Assembly: GCA_020724805.1 (NCBI GenBank)
Contig: DYGI01000001.1
Coordinates: 8,934 to 72,933, forward strand
From: Candidatus Microgenomatus sp.
GTDB lineage: Bacteria; Patescibacteriota; Minisyncoccia; UBA6257; GWB1-50-10
Direction of reading: 5' to 3'
DNA: 64,000 bases
The position numbers were made by a program, and so were the translations under genes. The notes under the pieces were generated by a model. The model had not been told where the DNA came from. It ran no database searches and saw only the letters and a program-made list of their open reading frames with translations. Positions 8,661-20,894 of the stretch are shown here, one piece after another; positions within the stretch are counted from its first letter, which is position 1, and the number at the start of each line of letters is the position of its first letter.

Positions 8661-8747
8661 GAGTAATGAGCGAAATATGCAGGTATGCATATTTCCGAAT
8701 TACGATGCCGTGGAACGGCGCAAAGCGCAAGTACCCCGGCGAGTAAT
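8661..8747. repeat. direct repeat of tRNA 5' end/flank plus hairpin
   Basis: 16-nt taccccggcgagtaat at 8652-8667 and again at 8732-8747; intervening 9-bp hairpin aaatatgca-ggta-tgcatattt. Confidence 0.35.
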
Positions 8748-8815
8748 ATGGGTATGTTTGTTATAACTATTTATCGTTTTTTTGACAAATCGTTTCCTGA
8801 ATCTATAATGCTCAC

Positions 8816-8886
8816 GCGGGGAAGTGTACCGGTTGCACGCTTGGCTCATAACCAAGAGGTAGTGGGTTCAATTCCCGCCCCCGCAA
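8816..8886 (+). tRNA. tRNA(CAU), initiator-like C1:A72 (Met/fMet or Ile2)
   Basis: Acceptor CGCGGGG/CCCCGCA with C1:A72 mismatch, anticodon loop CUCAUAA, T-loop TTCAATT. Confidence 0.6.
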
Positions 8887-8890
8887 CAAT

Positions 8891-9334
8891 ATGACCGAGG
8901 CGCAAAAAGAACAGCTCGTTTCGCTTGCGCGAGAACTCGTAGGAAAGCCCTATCGATATGGCGCGACTCCCGAAGAGGCACCGAACGTTTTTGATTGCTC
9001 TTCATTCACGCAATATCTTTTCAAGCGAATAGGCATCGAAATTCCGCGTTCGAGCATACTCCAGGCTGCCGACACGAATGCAAAAGAGCTTTCGCTTCCC
9101 GCGACTGAAGCCGCGCTCGAACCCGGAGACCTCATTTTCATGAGAAGCGATCGCGGCCACTATCGTGATGAGCTTTTTGGCGGCAGACAAATGGATATAG
9201 GCCACGTCGCCGTATATCTGGGAGACGGGGAGGTAGTTCACGCACGGAGCGTCGCAGGCGGCGTGATAATCCAAAAACTTGCCCATCTCGTTTCGGAACC
9301 GCATTACACGATCGTACTCGCAAAACGCTTCTAA
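8891..9334 (+). CDS. NlpC/P60 family cell-wall peptidase
   Basis: 147 aa; catalytic Cys context FDCSSFTQYLF and His-containing C-terminal region typical of C40 peptidases. Confidence 0.7.
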   Translation: MTEAQKEQLVSLARELVGKPYRYGATPEEAPNVFDCSSFTQYLFKRIGIEIPRSSILQAADTNAKELSLPATEAALEPGDLIFMRSDRGHYRDELFGGRQMDIGHVAVYLGDGEVVHARSVAGGVIIQKLAHLVSEPHYTIVLAKRF

Positions 9335-9861
9335 TGCGCTGGGAAGTCCCGTTATACTCGCAACGCCTTGATATCAAAAGCCGCACCTGGCAGCATCGTG
9401 CCTGCGGCATCGTGGCGCTTAAAATGGTCATTGACCACTTTAAGCCACGCCATGCAACGCATCGCACATTCTCACGGCTCATCACGCAAGGTCAGCGCTC
9501 CGGTGCATATATCCGTAACGTGGGATGGTCCCATCGCGGACTTGCATATCTCTCGCAACGCTATGGATTCAGCGGAAGAAACTACGATTGGTGGAAAAAA
9601 ACACCGCACTTCGCTTTCAAGAAACTTGTTACTCATCTCAAGAAAGGGCCGGTACTTGCGTCAATCTACCAAAATCTTCGGCCGAATTCTCACGGCCACC
9701 TTGTGGCCGTCACGGGCTTCGAAAAAAATATTGTTTTCTATAACGACCCCGATTCACACACACGTCGCGGCATCACGCGGCGCGCGTCGGTCGCAAAGTT
9801 CTTGAGGGGGTGGAAGCGGCGTGTCGTGGTGGTTCGCCCACGTTTGCGAGGTAAAAAGTAG
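9334..9861 (+). CDS. C39-like (papain-fold) peptidase domain protein
   Basis: 175 aa; YSQ...ACGIVAL motif resembling peptidase_C39-like domains; start overlaps upstream stop (TAATG). Confidence 0.4.
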   Translation: MRWEVPLYSQRLDIKSRTWQHRACGIVALKMVIDHFKPRHATHRTFSRLITQGQRSGAYIRNVGWSHRGLAYLSQRYGFSGRNYDWWKKTPHFAFKKLVTHLKKGPVLASIYQNLRPNSHGHLVAVTGFEKNIVFYNDPDSHTRRGITRRASVAKFLRGWKRRVVVVRPRLRGKK

Positions 9862-9885
9862 GATGATAGAATGGGCACGCTCATT

Positions 9886-9960
9886 GCAGCCGTAGTGTAG
9901 CCTGGTTAACACGCCTCCCTGTCACGGAGGAGATCGCCGGTTCAAATCCGGTCGGCTGCG
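9886..9960 (+). tRNA. tRNA-Asp (anticodon GUC), no encoded CCA
   Basis: Acceptor GCAGCCG/CGGCTGC, anticodon loop CUGUCAC, T-loop TTCAAAT. Confidence 0.8.
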
Positions 9961-10000
9961 CAAGAGTTCTTTTACAATTAACCAACAACGGGAGATTCCT

Positions 10001-10378
10001 ATGGAACCAGTCGCGACGCAGCAAGAAGCATTGAGGATCATTCAGAGAATTCAGGAGAAAATCCAGGAAGCCACCGGGCAGCGCTTTCGATTCCAACTCT
10101 CCGTACATGAAGATGGGTCAATATTGCTTGGTGTCCCTCGTGGCTTCACTATGAAAAAAGTGGGCGCCACGCCACACGACTTCTCTTTCGTAGGCGCTTC
10201 AATTGAAGAAGCCGTTGGGCACATGAAAAAATTCTTCGAAGAGCGCCAATCACTGGAGATTTCCTTGGACGAAGACGGCTTTCAGTTTCATGCCTTTGTT
10301 TCTTATCAAATGAACACGTTCAAGGTGGCCGATGTGCACATCGGCACTTATGCGTACCATGACTCACTGGAAGACTGA
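10001..10378 (+). CDS. hypothetical protein
   Basis: 125-aa ORF followed by strong terminator. Confidence 0.4.
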   Translation: MEPVATQQEALRIIQRIQEKIQEATGQRFRFQLSVHEDGSILLGVPRGFTMKKVGATPHDFSFVGASIEEAVGHMKKFFEERQSLEISLDEDGFQFHAFVSYQMNTFKVADVHIGTYAYHDSLED

Positions 10379-10403
10379 GTTCTTCTTTGCTCCGAAGGAA
10401 AGT

Positions 10404-10436
10404 AAGAGCGCTCACAAAGAGCGCTCTTTTATTTTC
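10404..10436 (+). terminator. rho-independent terminator
   Basis: Hairpin aagagcgct-cacaa-agcgctctt followed by ttttattttcg; overlaps gatA stop on the other strand. Confidence 0.6.
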
Positions 10437-11859
10437 GATACGCCTCGTCGTATTTCTTCCCGAGCATGAAGAGGTCCGCTTCGCGAAAATGCGGCGCCAT
10501 AAGCTGAAACCCGATGGGTAATTTCCCCGAACCTACCTCGTATTTCTCGACCGGAATGGATATCGCGGGGATTCCGGCAAGGTTCGCAGGAATCGTGAAA
10601 ATATCCGAAAGATACATCTGCACAGGGTCCTGCGTTTTTTCTCCAAACTTGAACGCGGTGGTCGGGGTCGTGGGCGCGAGAAGCACGTCCACACTCTCGA
10701 ACGCGCCTTCAAAATCCCGCGCCATAAGCGTCCTCACTTTTTGCGCTTTCGCATAGTACGCATCGTAGTATCCAGCCGAAAGTACGAACGTACCGAGGAA
10801 AACGCGGCGGCGTACCTCAGCACCAAACCCTTTTCCACGCTGCAATGCATAGATATCCCGCAGCGTTTCCGCGTCTGCCGCCTCCGGAATGCGCCCATAG
10901 CGGATACCGTCGAAGCGCGCGAGGTTTGCTGAAACCTCCGCAGGCATCACGAGGTAGTAGACCGAGAGCGCATATTTCGTGTGCGGGAGCGATACCTCTT
11001 TTGTTTTAAATCCGAGCTTCTCAAACCGCGCGATAACTTCTTCCATCGCTTTTCCAATCTCCGGCGTGAGGCCTTCGCCAAAATATTCCTTTGGAATCCC
11101 CACAATAAATTCATTCTTTCCCTTAGTCTCCGGCACGCTTTTCACGCTCGTCGCATCGTAGTGATCGTTTCCGCGAATTACATCAAAAATGATTTCCGCG
11201 TCCTCAACAGTCTTCGTAAACGACCCTATCTGGTCCAAACTGGATGCCATGGCAATAAGCCCATGACGCGACACCGCACCGTAGGTTGGCTTCATCCCCA
11301 CCACGCCGCAGAATGCCGCAGGCTGGCGGATAGAACCTCCGGTATCGGATCCGAGCGCGGCAAGCGCCATGTCGCTTGCGACCGCGGCCGCTGAACCCCC
11401 GGATGAACCGCCCGGCACGCATAAAATATTGTGGGGATTTTTGGTGGGACCGAACGCGGAATTTTCCGTCGAAGAACCCATCGCGAATTCGTCCAAATTC
11501 GTTTTCCCGATAATGACGGCCCCCGCCGAACGTAATTTTTCGACGACGGTCGCATCGTAGCTCGCAATATAGTTCTCCAAAATTTTCGAGCCCGCGGTCA
11601 CACGGTGACCAGCCACGAGCATGTTATCTTTCAAGGCTACGGGTATGCCCGCAAGAGATTTATTTTTTACTTCCCCGACAGAATCTACGCGCGCTGCCTC
11701 CGCGAGCGCTTCTTCTCTGTAAGTCTCTAGGAACGCGTGAATATCGCCATCCTTATCTTTAATGTTTTCAAGGAAAGCTTCTATCGCTTCCGCGGCAGAA
11801 TATGCTCCCGCGCGAAGCCCCTTTACGAACGAATTTATTGAGACCGTCTTTGTGTCCAT
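10429..11859 (-). CDS. gatA: Glu-tRNA(Gln) amidotransferase subunit A
   Basis: 476 aa; amidase signature GGSSGGSAAAVA, Ser-cisSer-Lys triad context. Confidence 0.9.
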   Translation of the reverse strand: MDTKTVSINSFVKGLRAGAYSAAEAIEAFLENIKDKDGDIHAFLETYREEALAEAARVDSVGEVKNKSLAGIPVALKDNMLVAGHRVTAGSKILENYIASYDATVVEKLRSAGAVIIGKTNLDEFAMGSSTENSAFGPTKNPHNILCVPGGSSGGSAAAVASDMALAALGSDTGGSIRQPAAFCGVVGMKPTYGAVSRHGLIAMASSLDQIGSFTKTVEDAEIIFDVIRGNDHYDATSVKSVPETKGKNEFIVGIPKEYFGEGLTPEIGKAMEEVIARFEKLGFKTKEVSLPHTKYALSVYYLVMPAEVSANLARFDGIRYGRIPEAADAETLRDIYALQRGKGFGAEVRRRVFLGTFVLSAGYYDAYYAKAQKVRTLMARDFEGAFESVDVLLAPTTPTTAFKFGEKTQDPVQMYLSDIFTIPANLAGIPAISIPVEKYEVGSGKLPIGFQLMAPHFREADLFMLGKKYDEAYRK

Positions 11860-11861
11860 GG

Positions 11862-12149
11862 CTATTCTCCGAACACGGGAGGAACTTTAAGGAAGCCGCT
11901 CTTATTTTCCGGAAATGCTTTTCGTGCGCCTTCATTTCCAAGACGACCATTTTCTTCGTCCGCTCGCGCGGCGTTCGTGAGGAGAGTGCCTCCCGCCATT
12001 GGCGGAATGCCGTCCGTGGAAACCTCCTTCAGCTCCGCAACATATGCCAAAATTTTTTCGAGGTCATCGCGGAGCCTCTTCCCCTCGGTTTTTGTGAGAC
12101 GCACCCGTGAAAGTTCGGCGAGGTTTTCCAGTTCCTTTTCGCTCAGCAT
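11862..12149 (-). CDS. gatC: Glu-tRNA(Gln) amidotransferase subunit C
   Basis: 95 aa immediately upstream of gatA; typical GatC length and motifs. Confidence 0.8.
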   Translation of the reverse strand: MLSEKELENLAELSRVRLTKTEGKRLRDDLEKILAYVAELKEVSTDGIPPMAGGTLLTNAARADEENGRLGNEGARKAFPENKSGFLKVPPVFGE

Positions 12150-12170
12150 GTTCGTATAGTACCTTCTTCT

Positions 12171-14633
<2,463 letters not shown>

Positions 14634-14643
<10 letters not shown>

Positions 14644-15290
14644 ATTTCAATGATGGATTCCGGCACTCCAGGTGCTTCTACCGGCAATACGCGTGAACTT
14701 ACGGTGGTTTGAAGCCTCACTTCCTGCGCACTAAGCGCGGAGCCTCTCGGAACTACCCCCATAGTGATGGTGATGCGCCAAGGATTACACATATCCTCAG
14801 CCCCATCGCCATATTGCCGCACGAGAAAGGAAAGGTAGGAAACTTCCACCTCCGCCGCGGTAAGCGGTACCGCATCAACATTTCCCTCTTCCAGTCTGGT
14901 AATGGAACCGGATGCCTCATCGTATTCATACGTCACCAAGGCGCCACGATAGTTCGTGAATGTGAGAAAGTCATTTTCGAAATAGCACGGTCCGGACGGA
15001 TTCGAACCTCCCAGAAATTCTTCCTCACAAAAACGGTATCCCGTGCGCACCTCGCGCGCGATTTGCTCCAATACGTTCCCCGCGTTGTTGTTCACCGACA
15101 TAAGCATAGTGAGACGACGCTGATTCCTCACGGTATTCACGAACACGCCAACCGCGATGGTCACAAGAACAATGAAAACCCCCATCGCCACAATAAGCTC
15201 GGTAACGGTAAAACCGTCCTGCGGCACTATAGCGGTTTTGCCGGTAGGGCGCGCGCCACCGGGCGCATCAATTCTATCGCGGCCGTTCAT
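14634..15290 (-). CDS. type IV minor pilin (PilW-like)
   Basis: Prepilin motif G|FTVTELIVAMGVFIVLV; start moved to ATG (MNGRDRID...) inside track ORF 14634..15389. Confidence 0.5.
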
Positions 15291-15344
15291 CGGTGAATCC
15301 ACATTCACCGTGTCACGGCATGGACCGGTGAATCCTCCTTTTTT

Positions 15345-15368
15345 ATTGAAAATTGAAAATTGAAAATT
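15345..15368. repeat. ATTGAAA heptamer tandem repeat (3.4 copies)
   Basis: attgaaa-attgaaa-attgaaa-att in AT-rich spacer upstream of minor pilin gene. Confidence 0.4.
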
Positions 15369-15376
15369 AAACATTT

Positions 15377-15901
15377 TCATGGGCGCCAATTGAAAAAGTG
15401 GTCCTCGACCTCAAGTGAACGCGGCGTACCACGGTCGCTCCATCCCACCACCGAGCGGACTGAGATCTCGTATGGGGAAGGAAAAGAGATTGAAACGGTG
15501 CGTGAAAAATTCGAAGAAACCGTTCCTCCCGGGAGTGCCCGAAGATAAAGCCATCCATTTGCAGTTTCCATCATATGGAGGGGTGAGCTTGGGGGGGGGA
15601 GTGTCAACGCATCGTCCACCACGCTTTCGTAATCAAGACCGAACGAACCTTCTTCAAGGAACGCCCCCCACGCTGAATTCCCCCGCTCGGCAATTTGTAT
15701 ATCGATGATGTTTTTCACCACCTCTATTCCTTCCGCCGCAAGCCCCGCCGCGATGGTGCGGTTCACCACATCGCGATTCAGGGCGAGCGAGCGCGTGGAG
15801 AGCACCACAATACCGAGAAGTCCGACGACCACAAGTCCTAACGCCACCATTGACTCGGCAAGCGAGCTTCCGCGCCGGTCGATTGGAACTTTCATTTTCA
15901 T
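15377..15901 (-). CDS. type IV minor pilin (PilV-like)
   Basis: Prepilin leader MKMKVPIDRRG|SSLAESMVALGLVVV with E+5. Confidence 0.5.
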   Translation of the reverse strand: MKMKVPIDRRGSSLAESMVALGLVVVGLLGIVVLSTRSLALNRDVVNRTIAAGLAAEGIEVVKNIIDIQIAERGNSAWGAFLEEGSFGLDYESVVDDALTLPPPSSPLHMMETANGWLYLRALPGGTVSSNFSRTVSISFPSPYEISVRSVVGWSDRGTPRSLEVEDHFFNWRP

Positions 15902-16434
15902 GGCGTGCTTATATATCCTCCTTCTCCCACTACCACTTCCCGCTCGTCTCCGGTCCCCACGAGCCGAAGTGCAATTGTTCCTGTGTTATGTGTAACGAGA
16001 TAGGGAGATTCAAAAATAACATAACAGAGACGATTTTGATCGCACACCAAACGATTTTCATCAAAAAATTCCACGCGTCCATTCAACATAATCGTTTCCA
16101 AATCCTCATCACCTTCATCATATTCATAGTTTGCCGGACACACATCCTTAAAAAGGGTCATGGCCCGCGGTATTTCAAAGCGCACTCCGAATCCGCACGC
16201 GTCCGCTTCTCCATACCGCACATTCTTTTGCAGTGCGAACGATTTCGCACGGAACAAAATTCCCGCCACCCGCGCCTGCTCCGCGGCAAGCACTACTTGG
16301 TTATCGGTAGATCGGTTATAGGTGAATAGGAGACCGGAAAGAAAAAGGGTGATGGCAACCACGACGAGCGTCTCCACAAGCGTGAACCCCGCACTTTTGT
16401 GCAACTTTTGTATACTGGGTGCCTTGCGCCTCAT
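15898..16434 (-). CDS. type IV pilin-like protein
   Basis: Prepilin motif KSAG|FTLVETLVVVAITL; start moved to MRRKAPSIQ... (leader 16 aa). Confidence 0.5.
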   Translation of the reverse strand: MRRKAPSIQKLHKSAGFTLVETLVVVAITLFLSGLLFTYNRSTDNQVVLAAEQARVAGILFRAKSFALQKNVRYGEADACGFGVRFEIPRAMTLFKDVCPANYEYDEGDEDLETIMLNGRVEFFDENRLVCDQNRLCYVIFESPYLVTHNTGTIALRLVGTGDEREVVVGEGGYISTP

Positions 16435-16489
16435 CGCACAAAGGTGCGGGGTGAAACCATCTTTCATCCCCTTCAGTATAACCTCCGGG

Positions 16490-17392
16490 TTAGAAATTGA
16501 GGAGGCGGAAATACCAACTAAGAAGCGAAAATCCAAGTGTGATGGTGAGAAAAAAACCCGCGACAAGGAACGGCGCGAACGGGAGTTTGTCTCCCATTTT
16601 TTTTCTCCCCGTCATCATAAGGATACCTCCCCATAGCCCCCCGAGCACGAACGCGAGACCTGCAGCAACCGCAACGTCGGGGAACCCAAGCACAAACCCG
16701 GAAGCCGCCGCAAGTTTTACATCGCCAAACCCCATCGCCGCTCCCCGCTGAATGAGCGTGAAAAGCCAAAAAAACACACCCCCCACCAAGGCGCCCGCGA
16801 TATGAGAGAGCCAAACTCCTTCAAGAAAAGAGGGGGTGAAAAGGAGCGCAAAATGTTTGAGAAATGAAAAGCGAAACGCGGGAAGCGCATCTTGATGCAT
16901 CGCTACAAACGCAATGAGTCCAAACCCCAACACTACGAGCGAGATGTTGAGTTCATCCGGCACGATGTAGTGTTTAACGTCTATCGCCACAATCGCGAGC
17001 CATACAAGCGCAACCAAAAACCACAGCGCGAGATACCCGTAGTACCAAAGCGGCGCTTCAAGTGTGGGGACGCCGTGTATCCCATGCCACGAACTGAAAA
17101 AAAGTGGAATGCCGACCGCAAGCGCTCCAGCGAAAAGCTCCACCACCGGATATTGGCGCGAGAGGCGCGCGCCGCACGAACGACATTTCCCCGCTTGCAT
17201 CACGAACGAAATGAGCGGAATCAGCTCATGCCATCGTAGCGTGGTACCGCATGCCATACATCGGGAGCGCCCGCTCCATGCCGCGCGCGAAAAAAAGCTT
17301 CGCTCCGGTCGATACCGGAGCGTAAGCACGTTCACAAAGCTGCCTGCCGCAAGCCCGAACACGAAAAGTATCGCGTAGAACACGGGAACCAT
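16490..17392 (-). CDS. pilD: prepilin peptidase (A24 family)
   Basis: 300 aa; N-terminal CxxC...CxxC zinc ribbon, multiple TM helices, catalytic GFGDVKL motif. Confidence 0.85.
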   Translation of the reverse strand: MVPVFYAILFVFGLAAGSFVNVLTLRYRPERSFFSRAAWSGRSRCMACGTTLRWHELIPLISFVMQAGKCRSCGARLSRQYPVVELFAGALAVGIPLFFSSWHGIHGVPTLEAPLWYYGYLALWFLVALVWLAIVAIDVKHYIVPDELNISLVVLGFGLIAFVAMHQDALPAFRFSFLKHFALLFTPSFLEGVWLSHIAGALVGGVFFWLFTLIQRGAAMGFGDVKLAAASGFVLGFPDVAVAAGLAFVLGGLWGGILMMTGRKKMGDKLPFAPFLVAGFFLTITLGFSLLSWYFRLLNF

Positions 17393-17399
17393 TGCGGCA

Positions 17400-17840
17400 T
17401 TAACTCTTCACGCAATAGACCATATTGTCCACATCATCGCAATTACACCCATCGCCATAGTTTGTGATGCCGTTCCGAATATTCTCGTTCACATGACTTA
17501 CTCCTGTTTGCCTCTCCCCTTCAAGGCACGCCCCGAGAATGTAGCTGTTCGGCGAAAGCCGCTCATACCCATAAGGCATCACCGAACCGGTAAACGGATC
17601 AAGCACGGGGTCATATGGAGGCGCTTCGAGCGACTCATACATGTTCTGCGGGTAAGATTGGTTGCTTGAGTAGTAAATTTCGAGCGCATTTTGAAGCTGC
17701 CGGATGTCCGCGATGCGCCGCGTATCACGCGCATCTTTTCTCACATCCCCCAACCCCACCAAAATGATCGAGGAAAGCAGCCCGATGATGGCTACCACCA
17801 CGAGCATTTCTATCAAGGTAAATCCTGAACGAGATTTCAT
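17400..17840 (-). CDS. pilA: type IV pilin
   Basis: 146 aa; leader MKSRSG|FTLIEMLVVVAIIGLL; C-terminal Cys pair. Confidence 0.8.
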   Translation of the reverse strand: MKSRSGFTLIEMLVVVAIIGLLSSIILVGLGDVRKDARDTRRIADIRQLQNALEIYYSSNQSYPQNMYESLEAPPYDPVLDPFTGSVMPYGYERLSPNSYILGACLEGERQTGVSHVNENIRNGITNYGDGCNCDDVDNMVYCVKS

Positions 17841-17853
17841 TGTGGCTCACTAC

Positions 17854-18279
17854 CTAGTCGGACGTAATACAGTATGTGCGGCTCGTTGCAATGTTCGTGC
17901 AAGCACCCACGTCGGTGCTCCAAGTCCCCGAACTACAGTTTACGGTGCCCGCAAATCCTCCCTGTGGACGATTGCCCGCATCCTCGAGCAGCGTGCCCAC
18001 CGCATATCCCTGACCGGAATTTATTACGCAATATGCGTAGTCATCTCCCGAAGGATCAGTGGTAGGAACTGCAGCGCCCGCACCGGGCAGCTGGTATGCA
18101 GTAGTGTAATTCGATTCAAACCATGTTTGGATCTGCCGCACGTCGGAAACTCGCTTTGCATCACGAGCTTTTTGTCGCGCACCGCCTACTCCCACCACCA
18201 CGACCGAGGAAAGAAGCCCTACGATCGCGACCACCACGAGCATTTCGATGAGCGTGAAACCTTTTCGATTGTTTTTCAT
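17854..18279 (-). CDS. pilA: type IV pilin (second paralog)
   Basis: 141 aa; leader MKNNRKG|FTLIEMLVVVAIVGLL; divergent C-terminal globular part with Cys. Confidence 0.8.
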   Translation of the reverse strand: MKNNRKGFTLIEMLVVVAIVGLLSSVVVVGVGGARQKARDAKRVSDVRQIQTWFESNYTTAYQLPGAGAAVPTTDPSGDDYAYCVINSGQGYAVGTLLEDAGNRPQGGFAGTVNCSSGTWSTDVGACTNIATSRTYCITSD

Positions 18280-18327
18280 TGTTTCTGGAATCGTTTTTCC
18301 TCGACCTTTCCGAACGTTTCCATTATA

Positions 18328-19533
18328 TCAGAACGCTTTGGTGAGATTATAGAGCGGGAGAAGAATTGCCGCGAAAAGTCCCGCGATCATGAGACCGATG
18401 ACCACAAGGAGCGCGGGCTGAATGAGTTCCACCAGATTAGATACCGTGTCATCCACTTGACGATTGTAGAACGAGGATACTCTCTCAAGCATCGACTCCA
18501 GACGTCCGGTGGACTCCCCCACCGCTACGAGTTGATACACGAGCGGAGGAAAATACGGCGCGCCCTTCAGGGCCTGTGAAAGAAGAAGTCCTTTACGAAT
18601 TGATTGCGCCACTTCATGAAGAATGTCTTCATATACGTAGTTTCCGATGGTGTGCGAAGAGATCTCGATGGCTTGCGGAATGGTGAGTCCGCCCTTGATG
18701 AGTACCCGCGCCGATTCCGCAAACCTGGCAATGTAGACCTTCTGGAGCAACTTCCCGACGAACGGGATGCGCAAACTCACTTCGTTCACTACCGCTTTCC
18801 CCTCCGCGGTCTGCACATAATCAATAATAAGCGCGATGAGCACCGCAACCACGATAAGCAACACCCACCAGTAATTTGACATGAACACGCCCACCGCGAG
18901 GAGAATGCGCGTGAAAAGCGGGAGCTCCACCGCGACTTCGGTAAAAATAGGGGCGATTTGTGGAAGCACCATCGTAACCATAATGACCACCACGAGCACA
19001 AAAAGTCCGACCACGAACGCAGGGTACACCAGCGCGTTCCTCAATTTCCCGATGAGAATCGATTGCTTTTCTTGGTAATCCGCGAGGAAGTCCAAAACCT
19101 CCGAAAGACGCCCCGTGACTTCGGCGGACTTCACCATATTCACGTAGAACTCGTTGAACACGCCGGGGTGGCGCGCCAAAGCTTGGGAAAGCGAGAACCC
19201 CGATTCGATATCCGAAGCAACTTCCGACACCACCTCTTTCAAGACCGGCTTTGTCACCTGCTCGTAAAGCGAGCGGAGCGAGTCACCGATCGGAACCTGC
19301 GAAGCGATGAGCGTGGCAAACTGGCGCGTGAATATCATAAGGTCCGCGATCTTCACACGCTCGAAAAAATCGGTGATACGGTCCCACCATTGGTCCCCCT
19401 TCACCGGTTCGATGGTAAGCACATAAAGGCCGTGCGAGAGGAGTATGTTCACCGCCGCTTCACGCGACGATGACTCCACGTCCCCAACTTGGAGCTCGCC
19501 TTGTGCGGTTCTCGCTTTGTAGTTGAACTTCAT
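18328..19533 (-). CDS. pilC: type IV pilus inner-membrane platform protein PilC (GspF family)
   Basis: 401 aa; duplicated GspF domain, three TM helices. Confidence 0.85.
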   Translation of the reverse strand: MKFNYKARTAQGELQVGDVESSSREAAVNILLSHGLYVLTIEPVKGDQWWDRITDFFERVKIADLMIFTRQFATLIASQVPIGDSLRSLYEQVTKPVLKEVVSEVASDIESGFSLSQALARHPGVFNEFYVNMVKSAEVTGRLSEVLDFLADYQEKQSILIGKLRNALVYPAFVVGLFVLVVVIMVTMVLPQIAPIFTEVAVELPLFTRILLAVGVFMSNYWWVLLIVVAVLIALIIDYVQTAEGKAVVNEVSLRIPFVGKLLQKVYIARFAESARVLIKGGLTIPQAIEISSHTIGNYVYEDILHEVAQSIRKGLLLSQALKGAPYFPPLVYQLVAVGESTGRLESMLERVSSFYNRQVDDTVSNLVELIQPALLVVIGLMIAGLFAAILLPLYNLTKAF

Positions 19534-19814
19534 CCCGTTAGAGACAGGAAGCGCTTCAAGCGATTCTTGAGATAGCGCTTGCCCATGCCTGATTTGAGAT
19601 ATACCTCACGCGACCTTGCATCGGTGATATTTTTGCACATTTCATAGTAGACAAGCTCGAAAGGGCCACGGCCATTTGTCCACCCCACATGTTCGGTGTT
19701 GTGTTCTTTGAAGCGCTTCCGTAGGTCATCGGTAAGTCCAGTATACCAGCGTTTATCTTTAGTACTACGTAGGATGTAAACATAATAAACTTTGTTGTCT
19801 CTCACGGGATTCAT
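19530..19814 (-). CDS. GIY-YIG nuclease family protein
   Basis: 94 aa; VYYVYIL...GIY-YIG core (KVYYVYILRS...YTG...R..EH). Confidence 0.7.
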   Translation of the reverse strand: MNPVRDNKVYYVYILRSTKDKRWYTGLTDDLRKRFKEHNTEHVGWTNGRGPFELVYYEMCKNITDARSREVYLKSGMGKRYLKNRLKRFLSLTG

Positions 19815-19818
19815 GACC

Positions 19819-20889
19819 TCACGTCCTTTCGAGCAAAATCCTAAGTTCCGCGGGGTTCAGCGAGAACGCCTCGGCGACCTCAAGCGATATTTCTTTGCGT
19901 TTCAGAAGGTTCACGAGCGAGCGATTGAGCGAAATCATCCCTTCTTGCACGCTTGTTTCTATCACGAGATCGATTTGGTAGATTTTCCGCTCCCGGATGA
20001 GGTTTCTGATGGCGGGGTTTGTGAGCATTATTTCGGCCGCAGGGATACGCCCACCGCCGATGCGGGGCACGAGCCGCTCGGAAATGATGCCAACCAATGT
20101 GGAAGCGAGTTGGGAGACTACCTGCCCCTGTTGTTCGGGCGGGAACGAGTCGATGATGCGGTCGATGGTCTGTGACGCAGAGTTCGTGTGAAGCGTGGAG
20201 AACACGAGGTGGCCCGTTTCCGCCGCGGTCATCGCGGTCGCGATGGTTTCGGGGTCGCGCATTTCCCCTATCATGATGACGTCGGGGTCCTGACGGAGAA
20301 TGGCGCGAAGCGCCTCGTGAAACGAGAGCGCGTCACCGCCAACTTCGCGTTGAGAGATGATGCAACGGTCCTGCGAGAAAAGATATTCGATGGGGTCCTC
20401 TACGGTAATAATGTGCTCGGTGCGGGTGTGGTTTATCGCATCACACACCGCCGCAAGCGTGGTGGATTTCCCGTGCCCTGCGGGTCCCACCACCAACACG
20501 AATCCTTGGTGAAGTTTCGAGAAATCATGGAGAAGCGGCGGGAGATTGAGTTCGTCGATGGTGCGTATCTGCGCGGGAATGAGTCGGAGCGCTGCCGCGA
20601 GAAAACCGCGCTGATAATACACGTTCACGCGAAAACGGGCCTTGTCCTCATAGTTAAAGGAAAAGTCGAGCTGTTTTATTTTTGAAAATCTCTCCTTTTG
20701 CTCCGGCGTAAGAAGCGCGGACACGAGACCTTCCGCATCTTCTCGCGTGAGAATGGGCTCCTTCTCGAGAGGCACGAGAACGCTGTCCACGCGGAGCGTG
20801 GGCTTCCTCCCCACCGCGATGTGGAGATCTGAAGCTCCCTGCCGCGCGGTCACGAGAAGCAATTCATTCAGTTTACTGGGGTAGTCCAT
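19819..20889 (-). CDS. pilT: twitching-motility ATPase PilT
   Basis: 356 aa; Walker A GPAGHGKST, Asp box, His box of PilT/PilU family. Confidence 0.85.
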   Translation of the reverse strand: MDYPSKLNELLLVTARQGASDLHIAVGRKPTLRVDSVLVPLEKEPILTREDAEGLVSALLTPEQKERFSKIKQLDFSFNYEDKARFRVNVYYQRGFLAAALRLIPAQIRTIDELNLPPLLHDFSKLHQGFVLVVGPAGHGKSTTLAAVCDAINHTRTEHIITVEDPIEYLFSQDRCIISQREVGGDALSFHEALRAILRQDPDVIMIGEMRDPETIATAMTAAETGHLVFSTLHTNSASQTIDRIIDSFPPEQQGQVVSQLASTLVGIISERLVPRIGGGRIPAAEIMLTNPAIRNLIRERKIYQIDLVIETSVQEGMISLNRSLVNLLKRKEISLEVAEAFSLNPAELRILLERT

Positions 20890-20894
20890 ATTTG

